47,768 nt of DNA, taken from the sequence record SRR20825010_6613; one strand, written 5' to 3'. The position numbers were made by a program, and so were the translations under genes. Shown in pieces: positions 9,344 through 18,958 of the stretch; the first letter of the stretch is position 1, and each line of letters begins with the position of its first letter. Below the pieces are notes generated by a model, which searched no databases, was not told where the DNA came from, and worked only from the letters and a program-made list of their open reading frames with translations.

Positions 9344-10813
9344 ATGAACCCCACTTTAGTCATTTCAATCATAGGCGGTTATTTTTTACTGCTCATCCTT
9401 ATTTCTCGATATACCTCGAAAGGAGCCGATTCTGCCACTTTTTTTTCGGCCAATAAGCAGTCGCCTTGGTATTTGGTGGCCTTTGGAATGATTGGAGCAT
9501 CATTGTCTGGCGTTACCTTTATTTCGGTTCCGGGCGAAGTAGGGAATAGTTTCTTCTCTTATTTTCAGGTCGTATTGGGCTATGTGGTGGGTTATATTAT
9601 CATCGCTACGGTACTCATTCCGCTGTACTACCGCCTAAACCTAGTTTCTATTTATACCTATTTAGAACAGCGTTTTGGGTTTTGGTCATACAAAACGGGT
9701 TCGTTTTTCTTTATGCTTTCTCGCACCATTGGGGCTTCCTTCCGCCTGTTTTTAGTGGCCAGTGTACTTCAGATTGCACTTTTCGACAGCTATGGTGTTC
9801 CTTTTTGGGTTTCGGTACTGGTCACCATCGCCCTCATTTGGGTCTATACTTTTAGAGGGGGAATAAAAACCATTGTGTGGACAGATACACTGCAAACCTT
9901 CTTTATGCTTTCCGCTGTGGTGGTCACCATTTATATTCTTACCAAAGAAATGGGCATTGGGATTGGCGATGCCATTACGCAAATCCAGGAAAGTGATTAC
10001 TCCAAAACCTTCTTCTTTGATTGGAACAACAAAAATGATTTCTTCAAACAGTTTATTTCTGGGGTATTTATTGCCATTGTTATGACGGGCTTAGATCAAG
10101 ACATGATGCAGAAAAATCTGACCTGTCGAAGCTTGAAAGACGCCCAAAAGAATGTATTCTGGTTCACTATTGCATTGGTTGCCGCCAACATACTTTTCTT
10201 GGGTATGGGCGCCTTACTCTATTTATACGCTGGCCAAAATGGAATTGAAATCCCGACAAGAACAGATGATTTTTATCCTTTAATCGCACTGAATCACCTC
10301 GGTACTTTTGGAGGAATTGTCTTCCTATTGGGCATTGTGGCTGCGGCTTACTCCAGTGCAGACTCTGCCCTCACTTCGCTTACCACAGCATTCTGTGTCG
10401 ATTTCTTAAATTTTGAAAAGAAAGAAGAGTCAGTAAAGAAACCGATTAGACTTAAAGTACACTTGGGTTTTTCTGTGTTACTTTTCATCGTCATCATTAT
10501 CTTCAATGCCATTAACGACAGCAGCGTAATTAGCGCTATTTTCAAAGTAGCTGGCTATACCTATGGTCCGTTATTAGGCCTTTTCAGTTTTGGCATGATG
10601 ACCAAGTTGAAAGTGAGAGACAATTTGGTGCTGCCCGTTTGTTTGCTATCGCCTGCTATCTCTTACCTGGTAGATATGAACTCGGCAGCCTGGTTCAACG
10701 GCTTCGAATTTGGATTCTTTATCCTGATTTTTAACGCAGGCCTTACCTTTTTAGGAATGTTAATGATATCGACAAAGAAATCAGCGACTGACTTTTCTCC
10801 TCTTAAAAATTAA
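9344..10813 (+). CDS. Sodium:solute symporter (SSS) family
   Basis: SLSGVTFISVPG, GGIKTIVWTD, many TM helices. Confidence 0.9.
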   Translation: MNPTLVISIIGGYFLLLILISRYTSKGADSATFFSANKQSPWYLVAFGMIGASLSGVTFISVPGEVGNSFFSYFQVVLGYVVGYIIIATVLIPLYYRLNLVSIYTYLEQRFGFWSYKTGSFFFMLSRTIGASFRLFLVASVLQIALFDSYGVPFWVSVLVTIALIWVYTFRGGIKTIVWTDTLQTFFMLSAVVVTIYILTKEMGIGIGDAITQIQESDYSKTFFFDWNNKNDFFKQFISGVFIAIVMTGLDQDMMQKNLTCRSLKDAQKNVFWFTIALVAANILFLGMGALLYLYAGQNGIEIPTRTDDFYPLIALNHLGTFGGIVFLLGIVAAAYSSADSALTSLTTAFCVDFLNFEKKEESVKKPIRLKVHLGFSVLLFIVIIIFNAINDSSVISAIFKVAGYTYGPLLGLFSFGMMTKLKVRDNLVLPVCLLSPAISYLVDMNSAAWFNGFEFGFFILIFNAGLTFLGMLMISTKKSATDFSPLKN

Positions 10814-10828
10814 GAAGGGATATAAAAC

Positions 10829-10862
10829 AGAAATGAGATGACGTCTGATTCATCTCATTTCT
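10829..10862. terminator. Hairpin, probable bidirectional terminator
   Basis: AGAAATGAGATGA / TCATCTCATTTCT 13-bp inverted repeat between convergent genes. Confidence 0.75.
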
Positions 10863-10883
10863 ACTCAATTCTTCAAAGAAAGA

Positions 10884-11627
10884 TTACTCTTCCCCAACAA
10901 TTCTTTTTCTCAATTTAACCACACGGTCTTTGCTACGCTTTCTCATGTTGAGGGCTTCAACCGATAACGAGAAGAAAACCGCAAAGTAGATGTAACCTTT
11001 TTCAATGTGTTCGCCAAGACCTTCGAGTACCAGCATAAAACCAATCAAAATCAAAAATGACATGGCCAACATTTGCAGCGATGGATGTTTGTTGATAAAA
11101 GCACTGATTTTTCCTGCAGAAGACATCATTACAATCATTGCCAAAGTAACTGCAATGATCATGATTAAGATATGCTCGGTAAGGCCCACTGCGGTTAGAA
11201 TAGAGTCAAAAGAGAAAACGACATCCAAAGCAACTATTTGAAGGATCACTTTACTGACAGTAACGCTTTTACTCTTTTTTACGTGATGCTCATCTCCTTC
11301 TAAAGTATGGTGTATTTCGGTGGTACTTTTTCCGATCAAAAACAGCCCTCCCAAAATTAAAATCAAGTCTTTTATGCTCACCGCATGTTCAAGCACGGTG
11401 AACAAAGGTTCTGTGAAACCGATGATCCAGCTTATCCCCAAAAGCAAACCAATACGCATGATCAAGGCCAAGGCCAATCCAATATTTCGGGTTTTCTTAC
11501 GGTCAGCTTCTGGCAGACGATTCGACACGATCGAAATGAAAATGATGTTATCGACCCCAAGAATAATCTCTAAAAAGGTAAGGGTTAAAAGTGCGATAAG
11601 GCCTTCTGACGTTAGTAATATTTCCAT
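10884..11627 (-). CDS. TerC-family membrane protein
   Basis: LEIILGVDN, DVVFSFDSILTAVG, KGYIYFA. Confidence 0.92.
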   Translation of the reverse strand: MEILLTSEGLIALLTLTFLEIILGVDNIIFISIVSNRLPEADRKKTRNIGLALALIMRIGLLLGISWIIGFTEPLFTVLEHAVSIKDLILILGGLFLIGKSTTEIHHTLEGDEHHVKKSKSVTVSKVILQIVALDVVFSFDSILTAVGLTEHILIMIIAVTLAMIVMMSSAGKISAFINKHPSLQMLAMSFLILIGFMLVLEGLGEHIEKGYIYFAVFFSLSVEALNMRKRSKDRVVKLRKRIVGEE

Positions 11628-11643
11628 TCCTAGAGTTCTGTGT

Positions 11644-12555
11644 TTATTGTTGAGCGAGAGGTACGTAGTTTTCTTTGGCGTAATTAAGGATGGTTTTATT
11701 GGTAAACCTCCAAACAGCCCTTTCCATTTCCTTGCTCTTTTTGTCCAATGTAATATAAAGCTTGAGGTTAACGGTATCTTTTAGAATATGGAAAATCCTT
11801 AAGCTGAATTTTTCAAGATTGATACTCGGAAACTCTGATTTAAGCGCTTTGACTATGTACTCCTCAAGATCGTCTGGATTACCCAAAGTTTGCCTGTCCA
11901 TTTCAAAATCAAAGCTTAGTTTTTTGAAATTCTTTTTACTCGTGTTCACCACATTGTGGGTAACGAGCAAAGTGTTGGGCACATAAACAATTTCATCTTC
12001 ATCATTCAATAAAACCACATTGAGCAAAGTAATGTCCGTTATTCGGCCACTGAGCTCTTCTATGACAATATAGTCGTTCAGCGAAAGCTGATTGGAAAAC
12101 ATCAGGATGAATCCGTTGATGGTATTGGCAATATAATCTTTAGAAATAATAGCAATGGCTGCCGCCACAATACTTATGGAAGTGAAAAACTCCTTAGCAT
12201 CCAGTTTGAAAAAAGCCAACAATGCAATCAGTAAAATAATAACATGGAGAATGGCTGAGATTCCATTGATTCCTAAGATAAAGTTATCCTTAAAATCAGT
12301 CCCTTTCTTTTTTCGCTTGAGGTAGAAATACACCATCAAAATACGACCAAGTGATACGAGCAGAATCCCCGATATATAATAAATACCAGCCAATACGAAC
12401 GGTTTAGCAAAGAAACTATCTTCTTCAAACTCACTAGTATACCATGTAGATATCACCACCAGTAAAATCAATTTCAGGAAGAAAAACAGCCGTCTCCTTC
12501 CTTCCTTTTTTGCCTGATCAATTGGCTTATTTGCTTTTACTCTCGTCTTAATCAT
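11644..12555 (-). CDS. MscS-family mechanosensitive channel
   Basis: TM region then KDYIANTINGF...GRITDI...VYVPN. Confidence 0.82.
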   Translation of the reverse strand: MIKTRVKANKPIDQAKKEGRRRLFFFLKLILLVVISTWYTSEFEEDSFFAKPFVLAGIYYISGILLVSLGRILMVYFYLKRKKKGTDFKDNFILGINGISAILHVIILLIALLAFFKLDAKEFFTSISIVAAAIAIISKDYIANTINGFILMFSNQLSLNDYIVIEELSGRITDITLLNVVLLNDEDEIVYVPNTLLVTHNVVNTSKKNFKKLSFDFEMDRQTLGNPDDLEEYIVKALKSEFPSINLEKFSLRIFHILKDTVNLKLYITLDKKSKEMERAVWRFTNKTILNYAKENYVPLAQQ

Positions 12556-12602
12556 TAATATAAATCTGTTGCAAAATTAAAGGAATTTCGAACCAAAAAA
12601 GT

Positions 12603-12941
12603 TTAAAGTTCTAACTCTTTAATTGGCTCCCAATACACCTCCTTAAAACCCTCAATTTTATCATCGTTGACTTTTACTCCTTCGGCTTCCAAACGTTCTT
12701 GCATCAGGGTAGGTGTCTGAAAATGATGGCGACCGGTTAAAACGCCAGATCGATTTACCACCCTATGGGCAGGAACATCGCTAAGTCCGTGCGCTGCATT
12801 CATCGCCCAGCCCACCATTCGGGCACCACTCTTAGTGCCTAAGTATTGGGCAATGGCTCCATATGAAGTAACTCGCCCGGCAGGAATGAGTTTAACTACT
12901 TCGTAAACATTATTGAAAAAATTAGTGTGGTCTTTCGCCAT
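12603..12941 (-). CDS. MGMT-family / alkyltransferase-like (ATL) DNA-binding protein
   Basis: IPAGRVTSYGAIA...ARMVG...PAHRVV; likely start 12941. Confidence 0.88.
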   Translation of the reverse strand: MAKDHTNFFNNVYEVVKLIPAGRVTSYGAIAQYLGTKSGARMVGWAMNAAHGLSDVPAHRVVNRSGVLTGRHHFQTPTLMQERLEAEGVKVNDDKIEGFKEVYWEPIKELEL

Positions 12942-12974
12942 GAGACAAATTTGGACATTAAGATTTATGGAAAC

Positions 12975-13004
12975 AAAAAATGGCACCCGTTACGGTGCCA
13001 TTTT
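12975..13004 (-). terminator. Intrinsic terminator of the NSS transporter gene
   Basis: AAAATGGCACC / GGTGCCATTTT stem with an A run on the left. Confidence 0.8.
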
Positions 13005-13027
13005 CATTAAAGTGTTTTGGGTTTCAA

Positions 13028-14419
13028 TTACCCACCTCCACCAAAAATACCAAATACGCCCATCATGTTGAGGAGCACAATTAGTATAACCAGCGGACAT
13101 ACATATCGGATGAAAAACACAAAGGCATTTGAAGCAAATGTATTGGGTTTCCAGCCCGGTGCCCCCATGTCAATTTCTGAAACAATGTTCTTGATTGGCA
13201 TTTTCCACGCCACATAAATACAAGTCACCAAGGCCACCACAACAATAAAGAAGGTGCCGAAGAAGAAGTCGAGAATATCTTGAAAGCCAGTATAGGTCGA
13301 TCCAAAAACACTGACACTCATTTCTGAGAAGAAAGCTGAGCCCCCTTGCGAAAGCGCAGAAGGAATACCTACAACAAAAAGTAAGATACCCACTACCCAA
13401 GCCGATTTGCTTCTGCTCCATTTTTTCTCATCCATAAAATAAGAAGCGGGTACCTCTAACATAGAAATAGAAGAAGTAAGCGCGGCCACCATCAGCAATA
13501 AGAAGAAGAAAGCCCCAATAATGGCGCCTCCGGGCATATGATTAAAAATATCGGGCAATACTTGAAACACCAAAGTTGGGCCAGCAGCAGGGTCCTTTCC
13601 GAAAGCAAAAACCGCAGGAAAAATCATGAAACCAGCAAGCAATGCTACACCAGCATCCATAAACCCAACCCAAATACCACTACTAACAATATTGGCTGTT
13701 TTAGGTAAATAAGAACCGTACGTAATCATAATACCCCAGCCTATACTCATAGAGAAAAAGGCTTGCCCTAGCGCCACCAAAAAGGTCTGTCCAGTTATTT
13801 TACTAAAGTCAGGATTTAGATAGAAGTCCACTCCTTTCATTGCACCAGGTAAAGACATGCTTCGAATAGCCACAATGAGAATTAATAAGAAGAGTACTGG
13901 CATTAATATTTTAGCTGCCTTTTCGATTCCTCCAGAAATTCCTTTTCGGACAATCAGAATGGTGATCAATGTAAACAAAGCCATCAATGGAACTGTGTTC
14001 ATTGGGTTGGCCGCGAATTCTTCGAAAGGAACTTGACTACCACTCAGCGATTTGAAAATATAGCCTATCGTCCAACCAGCGATATTTCCATAATAGGAAA
14101 GCACAAAAAAGCTGACCGATAAAGCCATGATGGCTCCTAATCCCATAAAAACAGGGTTGGCTCCCGTGTCTTTAAATGCACCAATGGTGCCCTTCTTTGT
14201 ATACCGACCAAGTCCCATTTCTGTAAACAGCAAAGGCACTCCAATAAGTATTACACAAAGCAAATAAACCAAAACAAAGGCCCCGCCTCCATTCTGGCCT
14301 GTGATGTAAGGAAACCTCCAGATGTTTCCTAACCCAACAGCTGAACCAGCAGCAGCCATAATAAACCCAAATTTGGATCCCCATTGGCCTCTGCTCTCAT
14401 TACTAACGTTAACCGCCAT
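13028..14419 (-). CDS. Neurotransmitter:sodium symporter (NSS/SNF) family transporter
   Basis: GSAVGLGNIWRFPY, NGGGAF, QAFFSMS. Confidence 0.94.
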   Translation of the reverse strand: MAVNVSNESRGQWGSKFGFIMAAAGSAVGLGNIWRFPYITGQNGGGAFVLVYLLCVILIGVPLLFTEMGLGRYTKKGTIGAFKDTGANPVFMGLGAIMALSVSFFVLSYYGNIAGWTIGYIFKSLSGSQVPFEEFAANPMNTVPLMALFTLITILIVRKGISGGIEKAAKILMPVLFLLILIVAIRSMSLPGAMKGVDFYLNPDFSKITGQTFLVALGQAFFSMSIGWGIMITYGSYLPKTANIVSSGIWVGFMDAGVALLAGFMIFPAVFAFGKDPAAGPTLVFQVLPDIFNHMPGGAIIGAFFFLLLMVAALTSSISMLEVPASYFMDEKKWSRSKSAWVVGILLFVVGIPSALSQGGSAFFSEMSVSVFGSTYTGFQDILDFFFGTFFIVVVALVTCIYVAWKMPIKNIVSEIDMGAPGWKPNTFASNAFVFFIRYVCPLVILIVLLNMMGVFGIFGGGG

Positions 14420-14653
14420 ATTCTTAAAAATTGAGTTGAGTATTGAAAAAAATAACGTAGAATATTGAGAATTTTCTTCCTAAAAACCTAGCAGTTAGAC
14501 ACCTGTGGTATCGGTATTTTTATAGCTCTATTTACCGTAAATCAAGTTTTAGAATAGAAAATGAGCTTAAGGTTTGGGTTTTAACCTCAAAAAACTACCT
14601 TGTTGGGCTGGAAAAACGATTTCTCTTAAACTTTAAACAAAACTTACAGGTAA

Positions 14654-16168
14654 TTGAGCACGCAAGAAAAACCAGAAGAATTTAGTAATCGGTGGGGAAT
14701 TATTTTAGCCGCTCTAGGGATGGCCATTGGCGCTGGTAACCTTTGGCGCTTTCCGAGAATAGCCGGAGAGTACGGTGGCACATTCATTATTTTATGGATG
14801 TTCTTCCTAGTTGTATGGTCCATCCCTCTACTTATGGCCGAGTTGGCAATAGGTAAATACTATAAAAAGGGAACCATAGGTGCTCTTGGTAAATTAGGGG
14901 GCAAACGATTTAATTGGATGGGTGTATTTGTTACACTCGTCACCATGGGAATTGCCTTTTATTACTCGGTGGTAACAGGCTGGTCTTTTAGGTATTTCCT
15001 ACTCAATACTCAAAACTTAATAGATTATATTTTTGGCTCAGGGACAATGAATGCAAAATTCGCAGATCCTAATGTCAACTACATGGACAACTTCTGGGCT
15101 CAATTATCTAACTCCAGCTGGCAAGCAGTCCTCTGCTATATGTTTACAATCGCCATAGCCATATGGGTTTTGGGAAAAGGGATTAAACAAGGGCTTGAGA
15201 AAGTAAACAAAATACTTATCCCAACGCTGTTTATTCTACTCATGGTTGTTGCAGCCTTTGCCATACAATTGCCAGGTGGAATTGAAGGGCTTGAGTACTT
15301 ATTTACAATTAATGTTGAGCTCTTCAAAGACCCGAATATTTGGATTCAAGCCATTACCGATTCTGCGTGGAGCACAGGTGCGGGCTGGGGCTTAATGATT
15401 ACCATTGGTTCATTTTCACGAAAGAAAGAAGACGTAACGTTGAATACGTTTTTAGGCGCTTTTGGAAATAATTCGGCAGCGCTTCTGGCGGCTATGGCAA
15501 TTCTACCTGCCGTATTCGCAATGTCAGCCACAGCAGGCGATGCTATTGATTTCTTACATGGCGGAAATACAGCTTTGGTATTTACAGTACTCCCCCAACT
15601 ATTTTCTCAAATGACTGGGGGGCCATTCTTATCTTGGATTTTCTTTGGGGCATTTGCCATGGCAGCTTTTAGCTCTATTCTTCCAATGATGCAATTAATC
15701 ATTAAGAACTTAACTGACTACAGTATATCTAAAAAACGTGCAGCATTGATTACTGGTGCAGCTTGTTTTATTATTGGCTTCCCTTCTGCGTGGAGCTTGG
15801 CCATATTCGAAAACCAAGATTGGGTTTGGGGTGTAGGTTTATTGGTGAGTGGGATATTTATATCATTTCTCATTATGCGTTATGGCCCAACTAAATTTAA
15901 GCGAGACTTTATTGATGATAATTCAGATTTCAAAGTTTCTGCTAAATACTTCTCCGCCATGATCTACTTCATCTTTTTCGCTGGCCTATTCTTGGTCTAC
16001 TGGTGGATGGATCAAGGGTACAGCGAGTACCCTTGGTTCGATGCTGACGGTAATTGGAATGTTTTCGATACGTTTAGTAACGCTTCAATCGTAACACAGT
16101 GGGCCATTGCCCTCATCGTTGCCATTGTATTTAATGGATGGTTTTATAAAAAATTCGTGAAAAAATGA
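14654..16168 (+). CDS. NSS/SNF family transporter, divergent paralog (TTG start)
   Basis: GMAIGAGNLWRFPR, YGGTF, SAWSTGAGWG. Confidence 0.9.
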   Translation: MSTQEKPEEFSNRWGIILAALGMAIGAGNLWRFPRIAGEYGGTFIILWMFFLVVWSIPLLMAELAIGKYYKKGTIGALGKLGGKRFNWMGVFVTLVTMGIAFYYSVVTGWSFRYFLLNTQNLIDYIFGSGTMNAKFADPNVNYMDNFWAQLSNSSWQAVLCYMFTIAIAIWVLGKGIKQGLEKVNKILIPTLFILLMVVAAFAIQLPGGIEGLEYLFTINVELFKDPNIWIQAITDSAWSTGAGWGLMITIGSFSRKKEDVTLNTFLGAFGNNSAALLAAMAILPAVFAMSATAGDAIDFLHGGNTALVFTVLPQLFSQMTGGPFLSWIFFGAFAMAAFSSILPMMQLIIKNLTDYSISKKRAALITGAACFIIGFPSAWSLAIFENQDWVWGVGLLVSGIFISFLIMRYGPTKFKRDFIDDNSDFKVSAKYFSAMIYFIFFAGLFLVYWWMDQGYSEYPWFDADGNWNVFDTFSNASIVTQWAIALIVAIVFNGWFYKKFVKK

Positions 16169-16290
16169 GTCAAGCAGCTATAATAGGAATGGTAATTTGT
16201 TTAACGATTACATTCGGAGGTTTTATCACCTTCTTGATGATCGCTCTTAAATCTGATAAGAAAAAATCTGCTGTCGGTGATAAAAATTAA
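16165..16290 (+). CDS. 41-aa single-TM protein, MetS-like NSS transporter small subunit (absent from ORF track)
   Basis: Hand translation MSQAAIIGMVICLTITFGGFITFLMIALKSDKKKSAVGDKN; ATGA overlap with the NSS stop codon. Confidence 0.8.
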   Translation: MSQAAIIGMVICLTITFGGFITFLMIALKSDKKKSAVGDKN

Positions 16291-17192
16291 TTTCCAAACA
16301 TTTGCTCTGAAATAATAGCAATTCCTTCATCAAAAGTATGAGGCTCGTACCCCAAAACGGTGCGGGCCTTTTCTATTAACAAGCCAGTTTTCGGAGGTCT
16401 TTTCGCGGTTTGAGTAAAGGTTGATGCATCGGCCTTTTGCATAGTGGCAGTATTTAGGTTGAAGAACGCAGCGGTCTTAACTGCCATTTCGTAAGGCGTC
16501 AGTAAATCGCTGCCGCTAATATTGAAAATGCCTTTCGCTTTCTGTTCCGAAATTAACAAACAGCCTTTGGCCAAATCTTCTGCCAAAGTGGGGCTGCGCC
16601 ATTGGTCATCCACCACCTTGATTTCTTTACCAACTTCCAAGCTCTTCTTCACCCAAAGAATAATATTAGAACGACTCATGTCATGCGCTATTCCGTACAC
16701 CAAAACGGTTCGAACTATGGCCCAATCAATTTTACTTTCTTCTAAAATACGTTCAGCGGCTAGCTTACTTTCACCATAATAGCTGATAGGTTTCGCTTCG
16801 GCATCTTCATCGTAAGGGCCGCTCTCTCCATCAAATATGAAATCCGTAGAAAGATGCACAAGAAAGGCATTGCTCCTTCCGCAAGCTTCCACAATGTATT
16901 TAACGGCAGTTACATTTAAGTCCCGACAAGCCTCCTTTTCCAATTCGCATTGGTCTACGTTGGTCATAGCTGCAGTGTGAATGACCACATCAGGTTGGTG
17001 CTGCGCGATTACTTCAAGTACTTGGTCACGATTAGTGATATCAAGGGATTGAAATATGTATTTATCTTCTGGAATAGGCAGTCGGTTGGTTCCTCTGGCA
17101 GTCGCCACCACTTGATGGATTCCTTCATCTAAAATAAGTTTGACCAGTTTTTGGCCTAGCAATCCATTAGCACCTGTGACTAGAATTTTCAT
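16287..17192 (-). CDS. dTDP-4-dehydrorhamnose reductase-like SDR (RfbD/RmlD family)
   Basis: ILVTGANGLLG, AAMTNVD, STDFIFDG, YGESK. Confidence 0.85.
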   Translation of the reverse strand: MKILVTGANGLLGQKLVKLILDEGIHQVVATARGTNRLPIPEDKYIFQSLDITNRDQVLEVIAQHQPDVVIHTAAMTNVDQCELEKEACRDLNVTAVKYIVEACGRSNAFLVHLSTDFIFDGESGPYDEDAEAKPISYYGESKLAAERILEESKIDWAIVRTVLVYGIAHDMSRSNIILWVKKSLEVGKEIKVVDDQWRSPTLAEDLAKGCLLISEQKAKGIFNISGSDLLTPYEMAVKTAAFFNLNTATMQKADASTFTQTAKRPPKTGLLIEKARTVLGYEPHTFDEGIAIISEQMFGN

Positions 17193-18079
17193 TGCTCCTT
17201 TTTAGGGTATTCTATTCCGTACTTTTTCGTGATTTCCTTTTTCGACATTTCGACCACGGAAATAGTCATTCGAATGTCTTCGGTTGGCTTGTCTCTTCTG
17301 TTGGTTTCTACAGAAGCAATTTTATCAATTACATCCAAGCCTTCTACCACCTGACCAAAGACAGTATACTCACCATCCAAATGAGGAGCACCACCAATTG
17401 TGGTATAAGCTTCCTTTTGTTGTGCTGTAAAACCAGGGTCTACTTGTGGGCCAAATTCCTCTTCAATCAAATCCTTATAGCCAAAAACTAAATCTCTTTG
17501 AGCCTGTTGGAAATCATAAGTTGTGTCTTCCTGGTACTTGTTTACATGGTAGTTATACTTCTCATTCAACTCAATGTATTTGTCCATTTTACGCATGCGC
17601 CCAAAAAAACCATCGAGTTTCAAATATTCCCTTCTCTCTGCTCTTATTTTTAAACCAGCTTCGTCATATACTTCTCCATCCACAATATAGAATTGAGAGC
17701 CACTTGATTTCTTCTGAGGATTAATATTATCCCCCGTTCTGGCTGCAGCTAAAGCTCCTTTTACGTGAATGTATTTCTCTGGATAAAACTCTGCATCAAT
17801 TCTATAATCAGCATCCTCCTCCTGAGTTCCAGTAGAAAGATTTCCGGTCTGAATCATAAAATTTTCAATGACTCTATGAAATATCACAGAATCGTATTTG
17901 CCTTCTTTTGCCAAGCTTAAAAAATTAGCTTTGTGTAAAGGAGTCTCGTCATACAACACGGCTGTCATATCTCCATAAGGAGTTGAAATCACAACTATCT
18001 CATCCATTTCCGTATCGCAGGCTGAAAAGAACAGGCTGAATGTAAGAAGGAGCACTACGTTTAAAAAGGCCTTTTTCAT
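17189..18079 (-). CDS. Cyclophilin-type PPIase, lipoprotein
   Basis: Lipobox FSAC; FHRVIENFMIQ, SSGSQFYIV, PHLDGEYTVFGQV. Confidence 0.9.
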   Translation of the reverse strand: MKKAFLNVVLLLTFSLFFSACDTEMDEIVVISTPYGDMTAVLYDETPLHKANFLSLAKEGKYDSVIFHRVIENFMIQTGNLSTGTQEEDADYRIDAEFYPEKYIHVKGALAAARTGDNINPQKKSSGSQFYIVDGEVYDEAGLKIRAERREYLKLDGFFGRMRKMDKYIELNEKYNYHVNKYQEDTTYDFQQAQRDLVFGYKDLIEEEFGPQVDPGFTAQQKEAYTTIGGAPHLDGEYTVFGQVVEGLDVIDKIASVETNRRDKPTEDIRMTISVVEMSKKEITKKYGIEYPKKEQ

Positions 18080-18085
18080 CGCTAA

Positions 18086-18958
18086 TTATTGATAAACTGC
18101 ACCGTATTTTTTCACTATTTCAGTTCTTGGCATTTCTTCTACTGAAATGTACATGCGTACATCTTCATAGGGCCTATTGTTTGGATCAACTCCCACCGAA
18201 GTTATCGAATCAATTACTTCCAAACCCTGAATTACCTGACCGAAAACTGTATACTCATCATCCAAGGGAGGGTAGCCACCAATTGTCGTGTAAGCCCCTA
18301 CTCTCTCTGCTGGCATTTTTATCGTGATTCCAGTAGCTTCACTTAATTTATCTGCCAATTCCATTGCCTTAATCCTAAAAGTCTCGTCTCCTCCTTCGTT
18401 GAAAGAATCTTCCAATTCTTTATTTAAAGGGTTATCTGGATCGTTCCTTCTCAAAGTGGATATTGATTGCGACAAAGCTTGCATGTCCATTCCTGTTTCT
18501 TGTTCAGAAAACACTCTGCCTTGAACAATAAAAAATTGACTACCACTTGATGCCTTCTCCGGATTTACTTGATCTGGCTGTCTGGCCGCTGATAAAGCCC
18601 CTTTTTGATGGAAAAAGCTTTTTACAAATTCGGCAGGCACTGTATAACCCGGTCCACCTGAACCTAAACGAGTACCTGGCTCAGCATCTTTTGAATTAGG
18701 GTCTCCACCTTGAACCATAAAACCAGACATTACCCTATGAAACAAAAGGCTATCGAAAAAGCCTTCATTGGCTAGTTTAATAAAGTTCTCTTTGTGTTTT
18801 GGGGTTTCATCATAAAGAATGGCCTTCATTTCACCCATGTCTGTTTTGATGGTTACCAAAAAATCATTGCCTTTTACTTTCTCTTCGCCCGCCCCTCCGC
18901 AAGAAGCGACAACTGCAATTAGTAAGGCCACTGCGGCCAGTTGTAGATACTTTTTCAT
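18086..18958 (-). CDS. Cyclophilin-type PPIase, lipoprotein
   Basis: Lipobox VASC; FHRVMSGFMVQGGD, SSGSQFFIV, YTVFGQV. Confidence 0.9.
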   Translation of the reverse strand: MKKYLQLAAVALLIAVVASCGGAGEEKVKGNDFLVTIKTDMGEMKAILYDETPKHKENFIKLANEGFFDSLLFHRVMSGFMVQGGDPNSKDAEPGTRLGSGGPGYTVPAEFVKSFFHQKGALSAARQPDQVNPEKASSGSQFFIVQGRVFSEQETGMDMQALSQSISTLRRNDPDNPLNKELEDSFNEGGDETFRIKAMELADKLSEATGITIKMPAERVGAYTTIGGYPPLDDEYTVFGQVIQGLEVIDSITSVGVDPNNRPYEDVRMYISVEEMPRTEIVKKYGAVYQ

